A DNA stretch of 56,825 bases, filler included, from Platydemus manokwari (taxonomy: Eukaryota): NCBI GenBank assembly GCA_037951405.1. It is 5 parts of 5 records of this genome, joined end to end, with 100 filler letters (N's around TTAATTAATTAA, not from the genome) between each part and the next. Parts side by side here need not be neighbours in the genome. Positions count along the whole stretch, not along the records: positions 10,641 to 19,678 come from JBBMOY011309982.1; positions 19,779 to 29,190 come from JBBMOY011253096.1; 3 more parts are not named here. The stretch is one strand, 5' to 3'. A program made the position numbers and the translations under genes. This document shows positions 14,601-27,220 of the stretch, piece by piece. How positions within the stretch are numbered: position 1 is the stretch's first letter; every line of letters starts with the position of its first letter. A model generated the notes under the pieces. It ran no database searches. It had not been told where the DNA came from and was given only the letters and a program-made list of their open reading frames with translations.

Positions 14601-16749
14601 TAACATTTTAAAAATTTTTTGTGATTAATCAATAATTACTTTAATTTAAAAATATAAAAATATTTAATTAATAAAAATATTAAAGAATTTATCAAGATTA
14701 TTGTAATTATAATTATTATTCTATTGTTTTTATTATCGATAGTCAGCATAAGTATTTTTGTTATGATAATTATTTTTGTATTTTAGTGAACCATGTCTGT
14801 AAGGGAGATTCGTAAATGGAAATGTGAATGTGGTATGTATGACGTGTGTATGTTGCTTGATTGCATGTTGATTAGTGATTGCGCAATTGTCAGTTGCTAC
14901 AATCCAATAAACCTCCCAAGATGTTATTACATCACCAATAATAAAATGATGTATATAACATCGTTATTGTATTAAATAAATTATTCAGTCTAAAACGTCT
15001 TATTTGTGACAATGTTAATATCTGGTCAACCTTAATAGGAAAAAATTAAGTTCATTAAAAACTTTTAAATATTGCTAATAATTAAATTCAAGCAACAGGA
15101 TTGTTTGGATTTATTTACAACTAGGAGCGGTTTAATTATTAGTCACAGTTAGTAAAATTAGATTTTTTGAAAATTACTGAATGCCTTTTTCTCCATCAAT
15201 CCATCCAATCAGATTTAACCATAATTGTTAGTGATATCAAAAACTGAAAATTTACAATTCTTTAGCTATTTTAAAACGAAATAAATTATTGGTAATTTGT
15301 CACAATTTTTACATGTGTTTTGGATGGTATTAACTGAATCAGATATTATTAATAAAAAATATTATTATGAACTATTTACTAAATATTATGCATTTATGAA
15401 TATTTGGGTAAAGCCGAAGAGACATATAAATTATATGTAAAGTCGTCAATAATATAATTATTAAAATAAATAATATTTCTAAGATTTAAGGAATATCTAT
15501 TTTCAACATTGGTAACAAGAAAATCTAAAATTAAACCTAGTGTAGGAAATGTTGTGTTTGATCGAGTTCATGGTTTTATGTATGCGTATACGTTTATATT
15601 TTTATCGTGTTTGATTTTTATAACTAAGTTGATCAAATGCAGTGCTCTACACTGTTTTTATTTTTGAGGTCGATCTCCATTTTTATGGATGTAAAGAAAT
15701 AGTGGCAAATAAGGAAATTATTAATACTAGTGTTCATAGATATATTCTTTCCGAGTTGATCTTTTTATGATCAGTCCTGTGCTCAATCTGACTTTTTACT
15801 GAGCATTATCTCAAGTTATATATGACTTTAGTTGATTTACAGTTTTCTTATTGCTGGGTCGGATAGGAAATTTTATGCTTTTTAGTTCGGGATGCGTGAA
15901 ATTCGAGGCTAAATTAATGGATCGACAGAATACATGATCAAAGGTTGAAGTTGATTGCATTTGTATGATGCTCCGTGGCTCAAACGAGCCAAGTGTCAGT
16001 TTTATATAAGGCCAAGTGCCTTTGATTCTATAAAAAGAATAAACATAAAACCAAATCACGAAGAGCCTAGTAACTAGGCGAAGGTTTTCAATTTATTTAT
16101 TATTACATACATATTTGCGAACCAAATGTAAAGTAAAATAAAAAAAATATTCGATATTTCAATCGAGAAATTCTTATAACTTTTATAATTAGTTCATTTT
16201 TAATACTAGGCTTTCAAATGCTCTGTGAAGTCGTAAAAATATTTATAAATTTAAAAAAGATAAGATAAGTTTATCATCGTATGCAAATAGATTAATAAGT
16301 GTTTTTCGAACTGTTAATACGAGTCCTAAACAAAATAGATAACATATCTATGAAAAATCTAAAATAAATCATTTATAAACGAAATAAATACAATCAAAAA
16401 CAATGATAATGAAATATATTATTATCATAGGTATGATTTGATTAAATTAACTGCGAAGCTTTGTAAATGGAAAGATATAAAATATGAAAAATGCTAGAAG
16501 CTTTTGAACATATAAATCTTCAGAATATTAATTAATTTATGTATTTCACAGATGATCGAAAAGCGAACTGTTCTGAAAAATAAAAACCGAGGAAAAGTTT
16601 CAATTATTCATGAACAGTTTGTTGGTTACTCAACGATAAAGATTTTCTTAATCAAAGAATCGATATATTGATGCATTCAATATATAGGATTGGAACAAAA
16701 GTCTTGGCCGATAGAAAGTAATATTTATTTAACCTATAAAGACAATATG

Positions 16750-17720
16750 TAAATTGAGAAATGAACAAAACATCAATCGACTGTAAATCTAAAAATTTTC
16801 AATGTTTTATGACGAAATGTTTAGTTTAAATCCATTATTAGATCCTTTTTTAAATGTTTAATTTTTATCTTATAATTCAATAATTTTTTCAAATAGATAT
16901 CATTAAAAAAAATATTATCTTATGGCATATGATATATGAAACTAAATTTCTGGAATAAATATGAATTGTAAAACAAAACTTTCCAAACAACTCATCTAAA
17001 TCATTTATAATATCTGTTAATTGTAGTAGAAATGACGGTTTGATGATTGATATCAAAAGAAAGAGCTCATCGTTAAACTGGTTGAGAGGCTCTTTATATT
17101 GCTTATTATCAAAAGGAACATATTTTTTCCATGTATGGATCCGAAACAACGACCATATAACTTAACTTTATCATTATTTACTGTTAAGCGGCGGGCACTC
17201 GAGACGATAACATTTTTATTTTACAGCAGTATATTTCTCATACGGATAATTGTAACACGTATCGTTTGTTATGCCTTCAATAATTTTTAAATAATTATAA
17301 TTTGATAAAAATCAATATATTGATTTATCACTAACCTCCCGGTTTTTTCTCTAACAAAAACAGCCAATTTCATTGGTTCATACAAGTCTTCAAAATGATG
17401 TTATCAGAAATGAATATCTATTTTCACCAGGTATTCGCTTTCAGATTCAAAATTGTCAACACTACACACTACCAGTTTTCTTCATTTCTCAATTCATTCG
17501 TATTGATTATTCTAATTTAGCTAATCATCAATTTATTTTTAGAAATTATAAATGGGATTTTATCTTCAGATCAAAATTTAAAATTAGCTTCTACAAATTT
17601 GTTTCAATTAGTTTTAGTAATTATAATGATAATAAATCTAATCAATTTTCCTTTATTTCACAATTCGTCGTTCAGTGGTTGTGTTTCATAAAAATAGCCT
17701 CCGAAATATGAAATATAAGT
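16750..17720 (-). mobile_element. Penelope-like RT relic
   Basis: LYGRCFGSIHG (~17130-17160; 'G..MGS') followed by FNDELFLLIS...IINDLDELFGKFCFT in ORF 16889-17149 ('YVDD.F....LN....KFT'). Confidence 0.4.
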
Positions 17721-18449
17721 AGGAAACTAATGAAGTCTATCGGTTAGGAAGCTCAACAAAAGAAAATAGAATTAACAAAATTCTCAAAGATAAATAGCGA
17801 AGAAAGATAAAATGAAAGACAATAATTAGAATATTTACAATTTTCCATCTCCTGATAAAAACGATGTTATTAATAAAATGAAATTTAATTAGTAATTTAC
17901 GTTTTTTGTTTTATAAAAATAGTTTTTTGTTTTTTTTTCAAACACAGAAAAGGCGATATCGATATATATCTATTTTTATAATTCCGTACTAAATAATGGC
18001 AAATAATGAAAGAAATAATTAAAAGAATCTCCAAGAAAATCAGTTAAAATGATCTCTTTATTTTTAACAAAACATCGACATAATGAAGTTGGGAGATTTT
18101 TATAATTAACCCACGATCATAGATTTTTTGAGTACTCAACCTCATTACAGGATTATTAATTTTCATAATTTTTGCATGACAATAATAACAGAGGTCAAGA
18201 AAAGAATATTAAAGGAAATTTTGGAAAAGTATTCAAAAAGTATTTTTGAAGATTTAATTAAATTTAATATAAAAAAACAATTAATTAGAAATCTAATTTC
18301 ACTCATTCATTGATCACGAATTTCTCTTTAAAATACTGACTAAATAAATATGAAGTACTATATTTAAACAAAACGAATATTTGGGTTTGGCGATAATTAA
18401 CTTAACGATATCAGTATATTTTACGATTTGGATATTTCTCGATACAATA

Positions 18450-19100
18450 TTGATATTATCGATTGTTTACAGGCATCAGATTTTTCAGAATTTTACATCT
18501 TGACAACTTATTCTTTAATGGAAACACCATTCCGATTTATCAGAATATTTGTGTTAAACAGCTACGAATAATAATTCTATTGAAATGATTCTAATAACGC
18601 TGAGAGATCTCATTTATCGATTAATCTTGATCAGAATTATCGATATTAATTAATCGATACAATTTCAAAATTATAAACTACACAATCAATTCAATACAAC
18701 CACAGCACGATTCTGCAAAAATATATAAAGCCGTGATTGCAAAATGTAAAATCTCTTATAAAAATTTGCAATACAAAGTTGGATTTACAGGCCAGAATTT
18801 TAATACTTAAATTTACCAATACAATTCTAAGTTCAACAAAAATCATTAACACTTAATGGACTACTTGTGAGAGCACCAAATAAATTCTTTCATTGCACTC
18901 TTGTTTTCTGTACCAAGATATCAAAGAAATTAACAATATTTCTACTAATACAGTAACAATTTATGTTGACTTTAATAAAATTCCAGATTTCTGCTTAGAC
19001 AATATATCGAACTCTGCGTGCATATCATCTAACATATCGTTGCAGAACAAGTCCAAAATGAGCTTTTTATAATTCTTTTTCAACTTATTATTTAAAACTT
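18450..19100 (-). mobile_element. Penelope-like RT relic
   Basis: YRKQ...LFGALTSSPLS (~18850-18912; 'G.AMGSPLS') and NPTLYC downstream. Confidence 0.4.
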
Positions 19101-19678
19101 GTTTATTAATATATTCTGTTATATTCTAAGTTATAGATTATCAATTTTTATATATTTAATTGTATTCGGGAATCATTATATTATTCAGTTTTGTTTCATT
19201 GGTCTATCATAATTTTGCTTTACACATCATCTTGGATGATGTAAACAAAAGAAATTTAAATGATTATAATGGAGAATATTTGACATCAATTTTATTACGT
19301 TACAAATAATCATATCGAAGATACATTTAACATCGACGTTTACAATGTAAGATTATATTTTATAATATAATCACCGAATAAATAAATTAAGAAAAAGTAT
19401 GCATGTGTATGTGTGTGTGTTTGTATGTAAAAATTGAAAAAAACAAGTTGCTCTTGTAGTAGTTGTATTAAATTCGGAACAAAACATTAATTTAAGATCA
19501 CCAATGAAAATAATTATTTATAGGCTCGATAAAATGTAGGTAGTTTGAAAAAAATTGAAAACTTATGAATTTTTACCTGATAGATTTAAAGTTCTAGCAG
19601 TAATACAATGGATTATTTTATTAAAAAGAATACAAAGTATTTATAAGCTATGTAGCCAAAAAAGCCCCATATCACTTG

Positions 19679-19778
19679 NNNNNNNNNNNNNNNNNNNNNN
19701 NNNNNNNNNNNNNNNNNNNNNNTTAATTAATTAANNNNNNNNNNNNNNNNNNNNNNNNNNNNNNNNNNNNNNNNNNNN
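19679..19778. other. Artificial assembly linker
   Basis: Direct: 44N-TTAATTAATTAA-44N. Confidence 0.97.

Positions 19779-19823
<45 letters not shown>
19779..19823. repeat. (TAA)n microsatellite at contig start
   Basis: Direct. Confidence 0.97.
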
Positions 19824-19824
<1 letters not shown>

Positions 19825-20237
19825 CTCAATAGTTTCAAAAAATTGATTTATAACTTCCAATAACTCTACTAAACAAATAACGTCTATCTCAATCGATTTT
19901 CAAATCAACATTATAAAAAAAGAACACAAATCATAACAAATAATTTTTATATAAATACAATCAACCTCGCATAATTAAAGATATTGTGTGGTATAGATTT
20001 TGTTATTTTTATAATGAATTAATCCCAAATAACTGATATATGAATTTACACTTGAAGACCTCATCACAATGATCTCTCTAATATATTTTAAGAATATCAT
20101 AAATGTTGAAAACTCCTTCAATCATAATACAAAAATCACCAAAAAATATATAATATTCACAACAATTTCAAACGAATATTCAGATAAATGAAGCGATATT
20201 GGCAAAATTGTTTTTATACTTATTCTAACAATGTTTA

Positions 20238-20681
20238 CCGTATTTTCGGGACTATAAGGCACATCTTAAAAAATGAACTTTTTGTAAAAAATTTTCATAA
20301 ATAAGGCGAAATCCTAACAATGAGTTGACTGATTAATATAATAAATTAAAAACATATAACAACGTTTAATGCTCATCATCATCTAAAATGTCACGTTCAC
20401 TTACACTAACAGCATCTTTTTACATACCATTTTTATTTCGCGGCTGCTGCCGGATTCTCTATTTTAAACAAGAATACACTAAATAGATTTCATATAACGT
20501 GTTTTCTTAATTAAAATCACATTTCTATACTTTTTAAAAATATATCCATTACTTAGTAATCAAAGATTTATAAATGTTATGAAAAATAATTTAATACACA
20601 AAGCACATTGGATAATAAGACATTCAATAGAATTTAACTAAAAATCTGTTTTAAGGCTCGCCTTATGGTGCGGAAAAACGG
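20238..20681. mobile_element. Non-autonomous Tc1/mariner (Tc2/Kanga-type) MITE, 444 bp
   Basis: TA at 20236-37 and 20682-83. Left TIR CCGTATTTTCGGGACTATAAGGC; right TIR (revcomp) CCGTTTTTCCGCACCATAAGGC. Subterminal ATAAGGCG / ATAAGAC repeats are present. Confidence 0.75.
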
Positions 20682-20807
20682 TATATTGGGCAAAATTCGT
20701 GTATATGTGCAAGTGTATTTTACAGATCACAATTGTTTAGGATCGTGCTACATCGATAGAAATAACATGAAAACATCTTTACAAAAATATATTACAACCA
20801 AAATTAT

Positions 20808-23800
20808 TTACTTCACATCTTCCAGAGTAGGATTTAAATTGTAAGCTTTAGCTTTATTTTCATACATTCTACCTAAACTCGGTATATTTTCTTTTTCGTT
20901 AAATGTCTGATGAATCTGTTTGAAGTTTTTACTACCACCTTTATCAGTTAGATATTCGCTTGACATTGTGTCGCGTGAATAATTATTTGATTTAAAGATC
21001 TTTGTTTCTGATGAGGAATTTGCAGATTTTTCCTTTGCCTTCGTAGATGCAGTACAATTATTATCGGCAAGCATTGTTTTTCGAGTTTGTGGTGAGTTTA
21101 TTAATTTAGGTATTTGAGTTCTGCTTTGTTCACTAGAGTGTGAAACCTTCTTTGTACTTTCTGCCATCGGTTTCATTTTGCAAAAATCATTAATATCAAC
21201 AATAGATTCATTTTGATTCATGATTTCCTTGTTAATGGACGTACTTTCTGCAATAGGTTTTCTGTTATTAAAATACTCTTCACTTAAAATATCTAGATTG
21301 AATCCATTATCTGGTTGTTTATTTACAAATAAATTTTCTTTGTTTTTGCTAGTGCTTTCTGCAATAGGCCTCCTTTGATTGAAATCCTCTTGCTTGATTG
21401 TCATTTCAAAATGTTTATTATCGGAATATTTCCTTTCAAATGAGCTCTGTTTATTTATATTCGTACATTTTGCTATTGAATCGATTCTGCCAAAATTCTC
21501 TTGTATAATAGTGTTTTCCATAAAATGATCTTGCTGATTTTTCATTTCAAATGAGTCTGGTTTATTTTTACTTGTGCTTTCTGCGATAGGTTTACGTTTC
21601 TGAAAATCATCCTCTTTGATTGTATCATTAATAAAATTATGTTTTATCGGCATCATTATCGGTAAAGTTTGCTTATCAATTGCCGTACTTTCTGCCATAG
21701 GCCTTTGTTGTTTTAAATCATCTAAATTGACAGTTTTATCAATAAAATTCACATCCTTTCCCATATTTTTCAAAGTATATATTGGAGACTCGTTCGATGA
21801 TTCACAGTTATTTGAAGGCTCTGAAACTTCAATGATTTGAGACAAATCAGATTTCCTTTTATCTTTACTGTCACTTGAGAAAGTTTTTTTCTTTGATAAA
21901 TATTCAGCATCATTTTTGACCAATGAGACTTTACTCATATCTATTTTATTTACAGATTCTGATCTTTCATCTGGTTTACTGCAACTAATATTATCATTTA
22001 TATTTAATTTTTCGTTTTTTGATGTAGATAAAATATTCTCATTATTATGTTTACTAGTTTTTGTTTCTATTTTATTGATATCAGAATTGTCCAATGTGTC
22101 TTGATTAACATTAATCGATGTTTTATTTTTGAATTTTGGTGGATTATCTGGTATTTTAAACACTCCGTCCATTGCAGAACTTTTGGTTGTTGATTCTTTT
22201 TCTGCAGCAAACTTTTCTTTAATGATTTCACTGATTTCGGGTATCAGCTTGGCATCGAGATATTTTTTCAATACATGATTTAACGATGAGAATATATTCT
22301 TATTCAATTCTGCAAAATGACCATTCACCTATTCCCTCACATGTAATTATCGTATAAAAACAACAAACAAACAAAACCAACCCATTTTTCTTCAAATAAT
22401 AAGCTGGAAATCAAATATAAATTAATAAACAAATAATTGAAATAATTATAATTAATGTTGTTTATAAGATAAAAATCAAATAAAAAATTCATATATTTAC
22501 AGTTAAAGATTATATTGCTATGTAATTATAAATAATGCGTAAACATATCGGATATAGGAGAGTTGACTGGAAATTAAAAAGTTATTCCCTTTTCATTAAT
22601 TATAAGGTTTAAAATATTAATTTTTTTTTTAATTTTTTTTTCCAAGCTTTATTTATAAAATAATTTATAATATACAATTAAAATTCAATTAAATAATAAA
22701 TATATTTATTTCAAGACGTAATTGGACAAAATCTTCAATTTTTATTCACCGTGTGATAAATTCTTGGGAAAGTGATTTGTTTTTAAATACCCAATATTTA
22801 ACCGCTAGAAAATGACAAAAATGCAAAGTTTGTTGTGCAGGAGAAAAATGTTTCAAGAAAATGGAAAAATCATAGGCCCGTGTTAAATGTTAATTTCGAA
22901 CCTCTGATTCTCGAATCCATGTAGAATATACAATAATTTGAAAAAATAGATGCTCAATGAACACACATATTTTATCGAGTATATCCAGTAATTTCCGCAT
23001 AAAAATCATCAATATTTGTCAATTAAAAACATTCTCGACTAAAATGGCATTGAAATATCTGACTGGGATAAAGACACAATACAATGGATACCAAGATATT
23101 ATTTCATCAATCGCCAGAATCCAATTTATCAGCTTGACAAAAATATAACAATTTCATGGGATTTCCAATTACAAAACACTAGGAGAATATTGATACTCAA
23201 AAATTGTAAAAAATATATAATACCACATTTAATAGTACCGCAAACTCAAGTACTTGGGGCCTTACATAATACGGGAGAAATTAAGCAGCACTGAGGGCAG
23301 GGCGTGTAGATCTGTGTTTAAGGAAATATCAGCGATGGATGTCAACAAAACAACATTTCCCAAAAATTCCGGTAATGCTTCAATTAGAATAAAAATAACT
23401 ATTGCGCGTCAAGGAGAGTTATGATAAAAATCTCTAATTTGCAATCGACCCAAGATTCCATAGGATATTAAAAAATATATTGACAAATTTTTTCAATTAA
23501 AAATCCCAACCAATAATCATAATATTTATAAAATAAAAATATTAATGAAATTCATCGAACTTAGATTATTGAATAAAAAAGCTTTCGAAAAAACCAAAAA
23601 TATTCAATTAATTAATTAAATTTAATGATACTATTACACACAATTCAAAAAATTAAAAATGCCTAAATGGATTACATTCGCAACATACTCACTTAATTTC
23701 TCGTTCATAATATCCGAATGCTTTCTTAACATCGGGATAATTAGGACCCACCTAAAAAAATAATACGCTTTCAAACATGATTGTTCAAAACGAAAATCAT

Positions 23801-24556
23801 ACAATGTTTTGACAATTGTTCTGGGTTGACGTAAGAGCTTCCTATTTGAGTAAAAATTTGAATTAAAAACAAAATAATCATTTTCAACCTTCGCTGATTT
23901 AACTTTACTCCTATATTTACCACGAAATGTAGTAAATGATGTCTAAATTAATACCCTATTAAAATATTCATCGTGAAACCTTTTATCAAAACTTTAACCT
24001 CAAGCATCCGCTTCACAACCACAAACTGTTCGGTTACGATTGACTGAAGAAATAAAAATGTTTAACTTTTTAAAATTTAGTTATTATTTTATCGATTCAA
24101 AATAGAGTTAAAAATTACAAAATACTTTAAAATTTATTTAAAGAAAACAAATTTAATAAGGACTCACTTTGAATTGTTTTTCTGTCTTCTCGTGCTAGAA
24201 TGTCAATTAATTTATAAACTAATAAAAAAATGTTAACTCACATCTTCAATTTTTTTCACAATTTTGACATTCTCTAAATACAGATCCTAAACGCGTATAT
24301 AATATATGTGAATATAATGAAATGACTATAATTGGTACTTTTTCTCTTTCCTCTATTGTTAGAAATTTGAAGTAAGTTCTACAGTGACTTTTAAAGTCAT
24401 CTCGATATTCTAAATTATTAATGATTCCATTTAAAATAGAATTTCTAAATAAGTACTTAGTTTGAAATAGTTTTCTCTAAACCATTTTATAAATATTTCT
24501 TTGTTTTGTAAATCGGGACATTTAGATAAATTATCTTTTTCAGATTTTGAATCCAT
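20808..24556 (-). CDS. Orphan ~660-aa protein: possible divergent HMG-box-like N-terminus, low-complexity body, 37-aa P[IM]AEST tandem repeats
   Basis: Exons 24556-24457, 24409-24339, 24286-24242, 24194-24168, 24043-23999, 23942-23889, 23841-23803, 23751-23693, 22403-22382 and 22328-20808 have GT-AG borders and splice in frame (MDSKSEKDNLSKCPDLQNKEIFIKWFRENYFKLKYRDDF...EINLLFEEKWVNGHF...). The 1.5-kb open exon is very unlikely by chance in this AT-rich DNA. The 3' end may splice further (35-nt GT-AG candidate near 20811). Confidence 0.8.
21150..21760 (-). repeat. Coding tandem repeat, 111-nt/37-aa period (six motif copies)
   Basis: PMAEST, PIAEST, SIAKCT, PIAEST, PIAEST, PMAEST spaced 37, 37, 37, 37 and 29 aa. 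Confidence 0.92.
22950..23470 (-). mobile_element. Penelope-like RT fragment inside the long intron of the repeat gene
   Basis: Minus strand FVIGNPMKLL (~23145-23175; 'G.PMG'). Lies in the only long (1.3 kb) intron. Confidence 0.3.
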
Positions 24557-25799
24557 CTATACAATAATTATCCAAAAAATATGTCAAATACTTATTTTCA
24601 AATCAGCGATATAATAAAACAAATTTTTAGTTTGTTGTCTTTCATTTAAAACATCAGATAAATAATTTTTATAAGATTTATATTATCTCTATTATTAATT
24701 AATGTCACTATTAATTACGTATGAATGTTTCTGTGAGATTAATTTATGTTATATCAGTTTAGATAATAAACAATGTACAGGATTTAATTTATTTAAATAT
24801 TTTTAAAATTCAAAAAATGCGCACATATCAAACATTACCAAGAAGAATAATGATCAAAGTTTTGCAGAAAATCATGCAGAAAATTTAGAAAATTACTAAA
24901 TAATTAACTAACAAATAAAAGTTATTTAGTAACAACACATGTGCATAAATTCCCAGCATTATAGATATTGATAACCAAAGATAGCAGAAACACTAATCAT
25001 ATTAATGCATCACTGAAATATAATTCTGAGAACCCACATAAGTAAGTGTTTTGGAATTGTAAAATAAATAATTGAATATTATATGAATTTTGATGATAAA
25101 ATCAGTAAAAATTGTTTCAACTGTTTATATCTCAATGTTTTTCAAAAGAGAGTTAAAGCTGACTTAAACGTAAAATACTTATAAATTAACAACTTTAACA
25201 GCCCTATGGAAAGAGAATAAAAATTATTGCTCACATTTATTAAATTTATCGTTATAATATTACACTGGTTGCGGCATAAGTTTCGCAAAAAAACTGTGTT
25301 GTTGTCTTTGGCTCTAAAAATTGGGACAAATATTACCTTTGCTTTGTGGCCGATGGGTTCTTAATTTAAGCAATGAATAACAAGCTTAAACAAAATTAGT
25401 TTTCTAATTGTGCAAATTAGTTTTTATTTCACTAACGTAATAAAATTAAAATTTTACATTTTATATTTTATACTTCAAACTAATTAATTTTACAATGTAC
25501 AAGTCATTTTGTTAATATTTTTTTGTCTAACAACTCTATGACTTCACCGATATGTTAATCAAATAAATCTCAAAAACAATCTAGTTTGTAAATATAAATC
25601 TTTCCTATTCTAACCAAATATAAATTCATGCTACAGCACTAATTTTAAAGTTATCCAAGGTCTTGATCTGAATCAGATAAAGAGATAAATCTGACACCAG
25701 TTAAACAAAAATACTAGAAGACAATCCAGGAGTCAAAGTTATTGTATAAACAACTTCAGATTTATTTGATTTGAAGTAAAGTTATCACACCGAATGGGA

Positions 25800-27220
25800 T
25801 CACTGAAAGTTTGTATTGAAACAAAACTATGACAGAATAAATAATGACATCTCCGACTTCGAGGTGATTTGTAACACGGATTCACATCCGTGCCAAAAGC
25901 TAAATGCCTTTAGAGTGTTTCTACACTATAGATTGCCGTTTCACCTTCGAAATAGAGAAGTCAGTATTCTGTCTCTTTCTTCTCCACACAAGAGGCAAAT
26001 GGTGGTAAGCCCATGGAACTCGGATTCGATGAAAAGATCAGACAGTTAGTTTTAAAAAGTTATAGGAGTTAGCTTTATTCCTTCAACCAATAATGACTTT
26101 TTTATACCTGTTGAAAGTTAGAGGGTCTTTGCCTTATGCCAGCAGAAATTGACTTTTATATTCAGAATATAATAGAATGTTTTCGGTTGTTGAACAACTC
26201 TGACTCTGTCTTTGTTTCTTTCAATCGTTCTGAAGTTGACGAATTTCATAGGTCTCTTGACTGGCTAAATAACACAATTGATGATGAGTGTGCTGGACAG
26301 GGCTCCTGGTGGTAGAGGTGGTTCGGTTGGGGATCCGGGCTCTGCGGAAGAGAGGAATGGATTGTATGTTTGTCTTGCTTGAAGGAGATATATTTGTAAA
26401 GGTTACCTGTAGGGATTCACAATATACGATAGGCAACAAAAAGAAGGATAAATTGTGTTCTGTTCTTCATGATGGATCTGGTTTCTTGAGTTTTATCTCT
26501 TGGACTGAGAAAAAGTGCCAGGGTATATCAGTTAAGACTGTTGTGCTATCTAAAGTTTCAATGGGAGTCTTAGACTCAATTATGTTGTCACCACAGGTTT
26601 GGCACTTCCTTGCCCTGAGTAGAAATAACCTTTTACTGCTGAATTCCCGGCCTTTCCGTGTAATGCAGAGTAAATATTTAAATACCCGTCAATGCGTTAC
26701 TGCAGTGGAATCGACGGTCCACGTACTCAACCATTGTATTGGTAGCCCTTATGAGGCGACCTCTAACCATAATGCAGTATTTGCAATTTTGGGTGAAAGG
26801 CTTATTGCTTTAGGATATAATGTAGCCGTTGACTGCTCCCCAACTGAGGTGAAGACTTCTTTACGTCTTGACTTAATAATCCGAATTTTGGGTAGTAAAA
26901 ACATGAAAAAATATGCTTTTCTCGTTCCACTTGATAAGGAAAAAAGCTTTAAGAATAACATGGAGAGAAACTAGCGAAAGTATGAAGTCCTGGCAGTTCA
27001 AATAGCTAGGCAATCCAGAATTTTAGTGAGCCTGCATATGTTAAACGTAGGTTGTTTAGGATCATGGGATCCACAAAATGATGGAATCTTGAGACGAATA
27101 GGGTTAGATAATAAAATTTCAAACAAGTTGGCTTCACTTCTTGTTTCGACTTCTATCATAGAATCATATATGTTATATAGATCTCACATAGCCAATAAGC
27201 AGCCCTGCCAATATGTCTAA
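25800..27220 (+). mobile_element. RLE-type non-LTR retrotransposon 3' relic (NeSL/Utopia/R2-like)
   Basis: CCHC-like RQCVTAVESTVHVLNHC, then HNAV, LRLDLII (RPD), KYEVLA and VGCLGSWDPQND; ends YRSH...*. In-frame stop after 26971. Confidence 0.85.

Noticed and set aside
21616-22104. Plus-strand hydrophobic ORFs (74 and 62 aa)
   Set aside because: Antisense shadows of the 506-aa exon.
22870-22925. B-box-like GGTTCGAA on the minus strand
   Set aside because: No cloverleaf or A box can be built; at best a SINE trace.
25261-25290. TACACTGG... mariner-like terminus (similar case at ~41273)
   Set aside because: No matching opposite TIR found.
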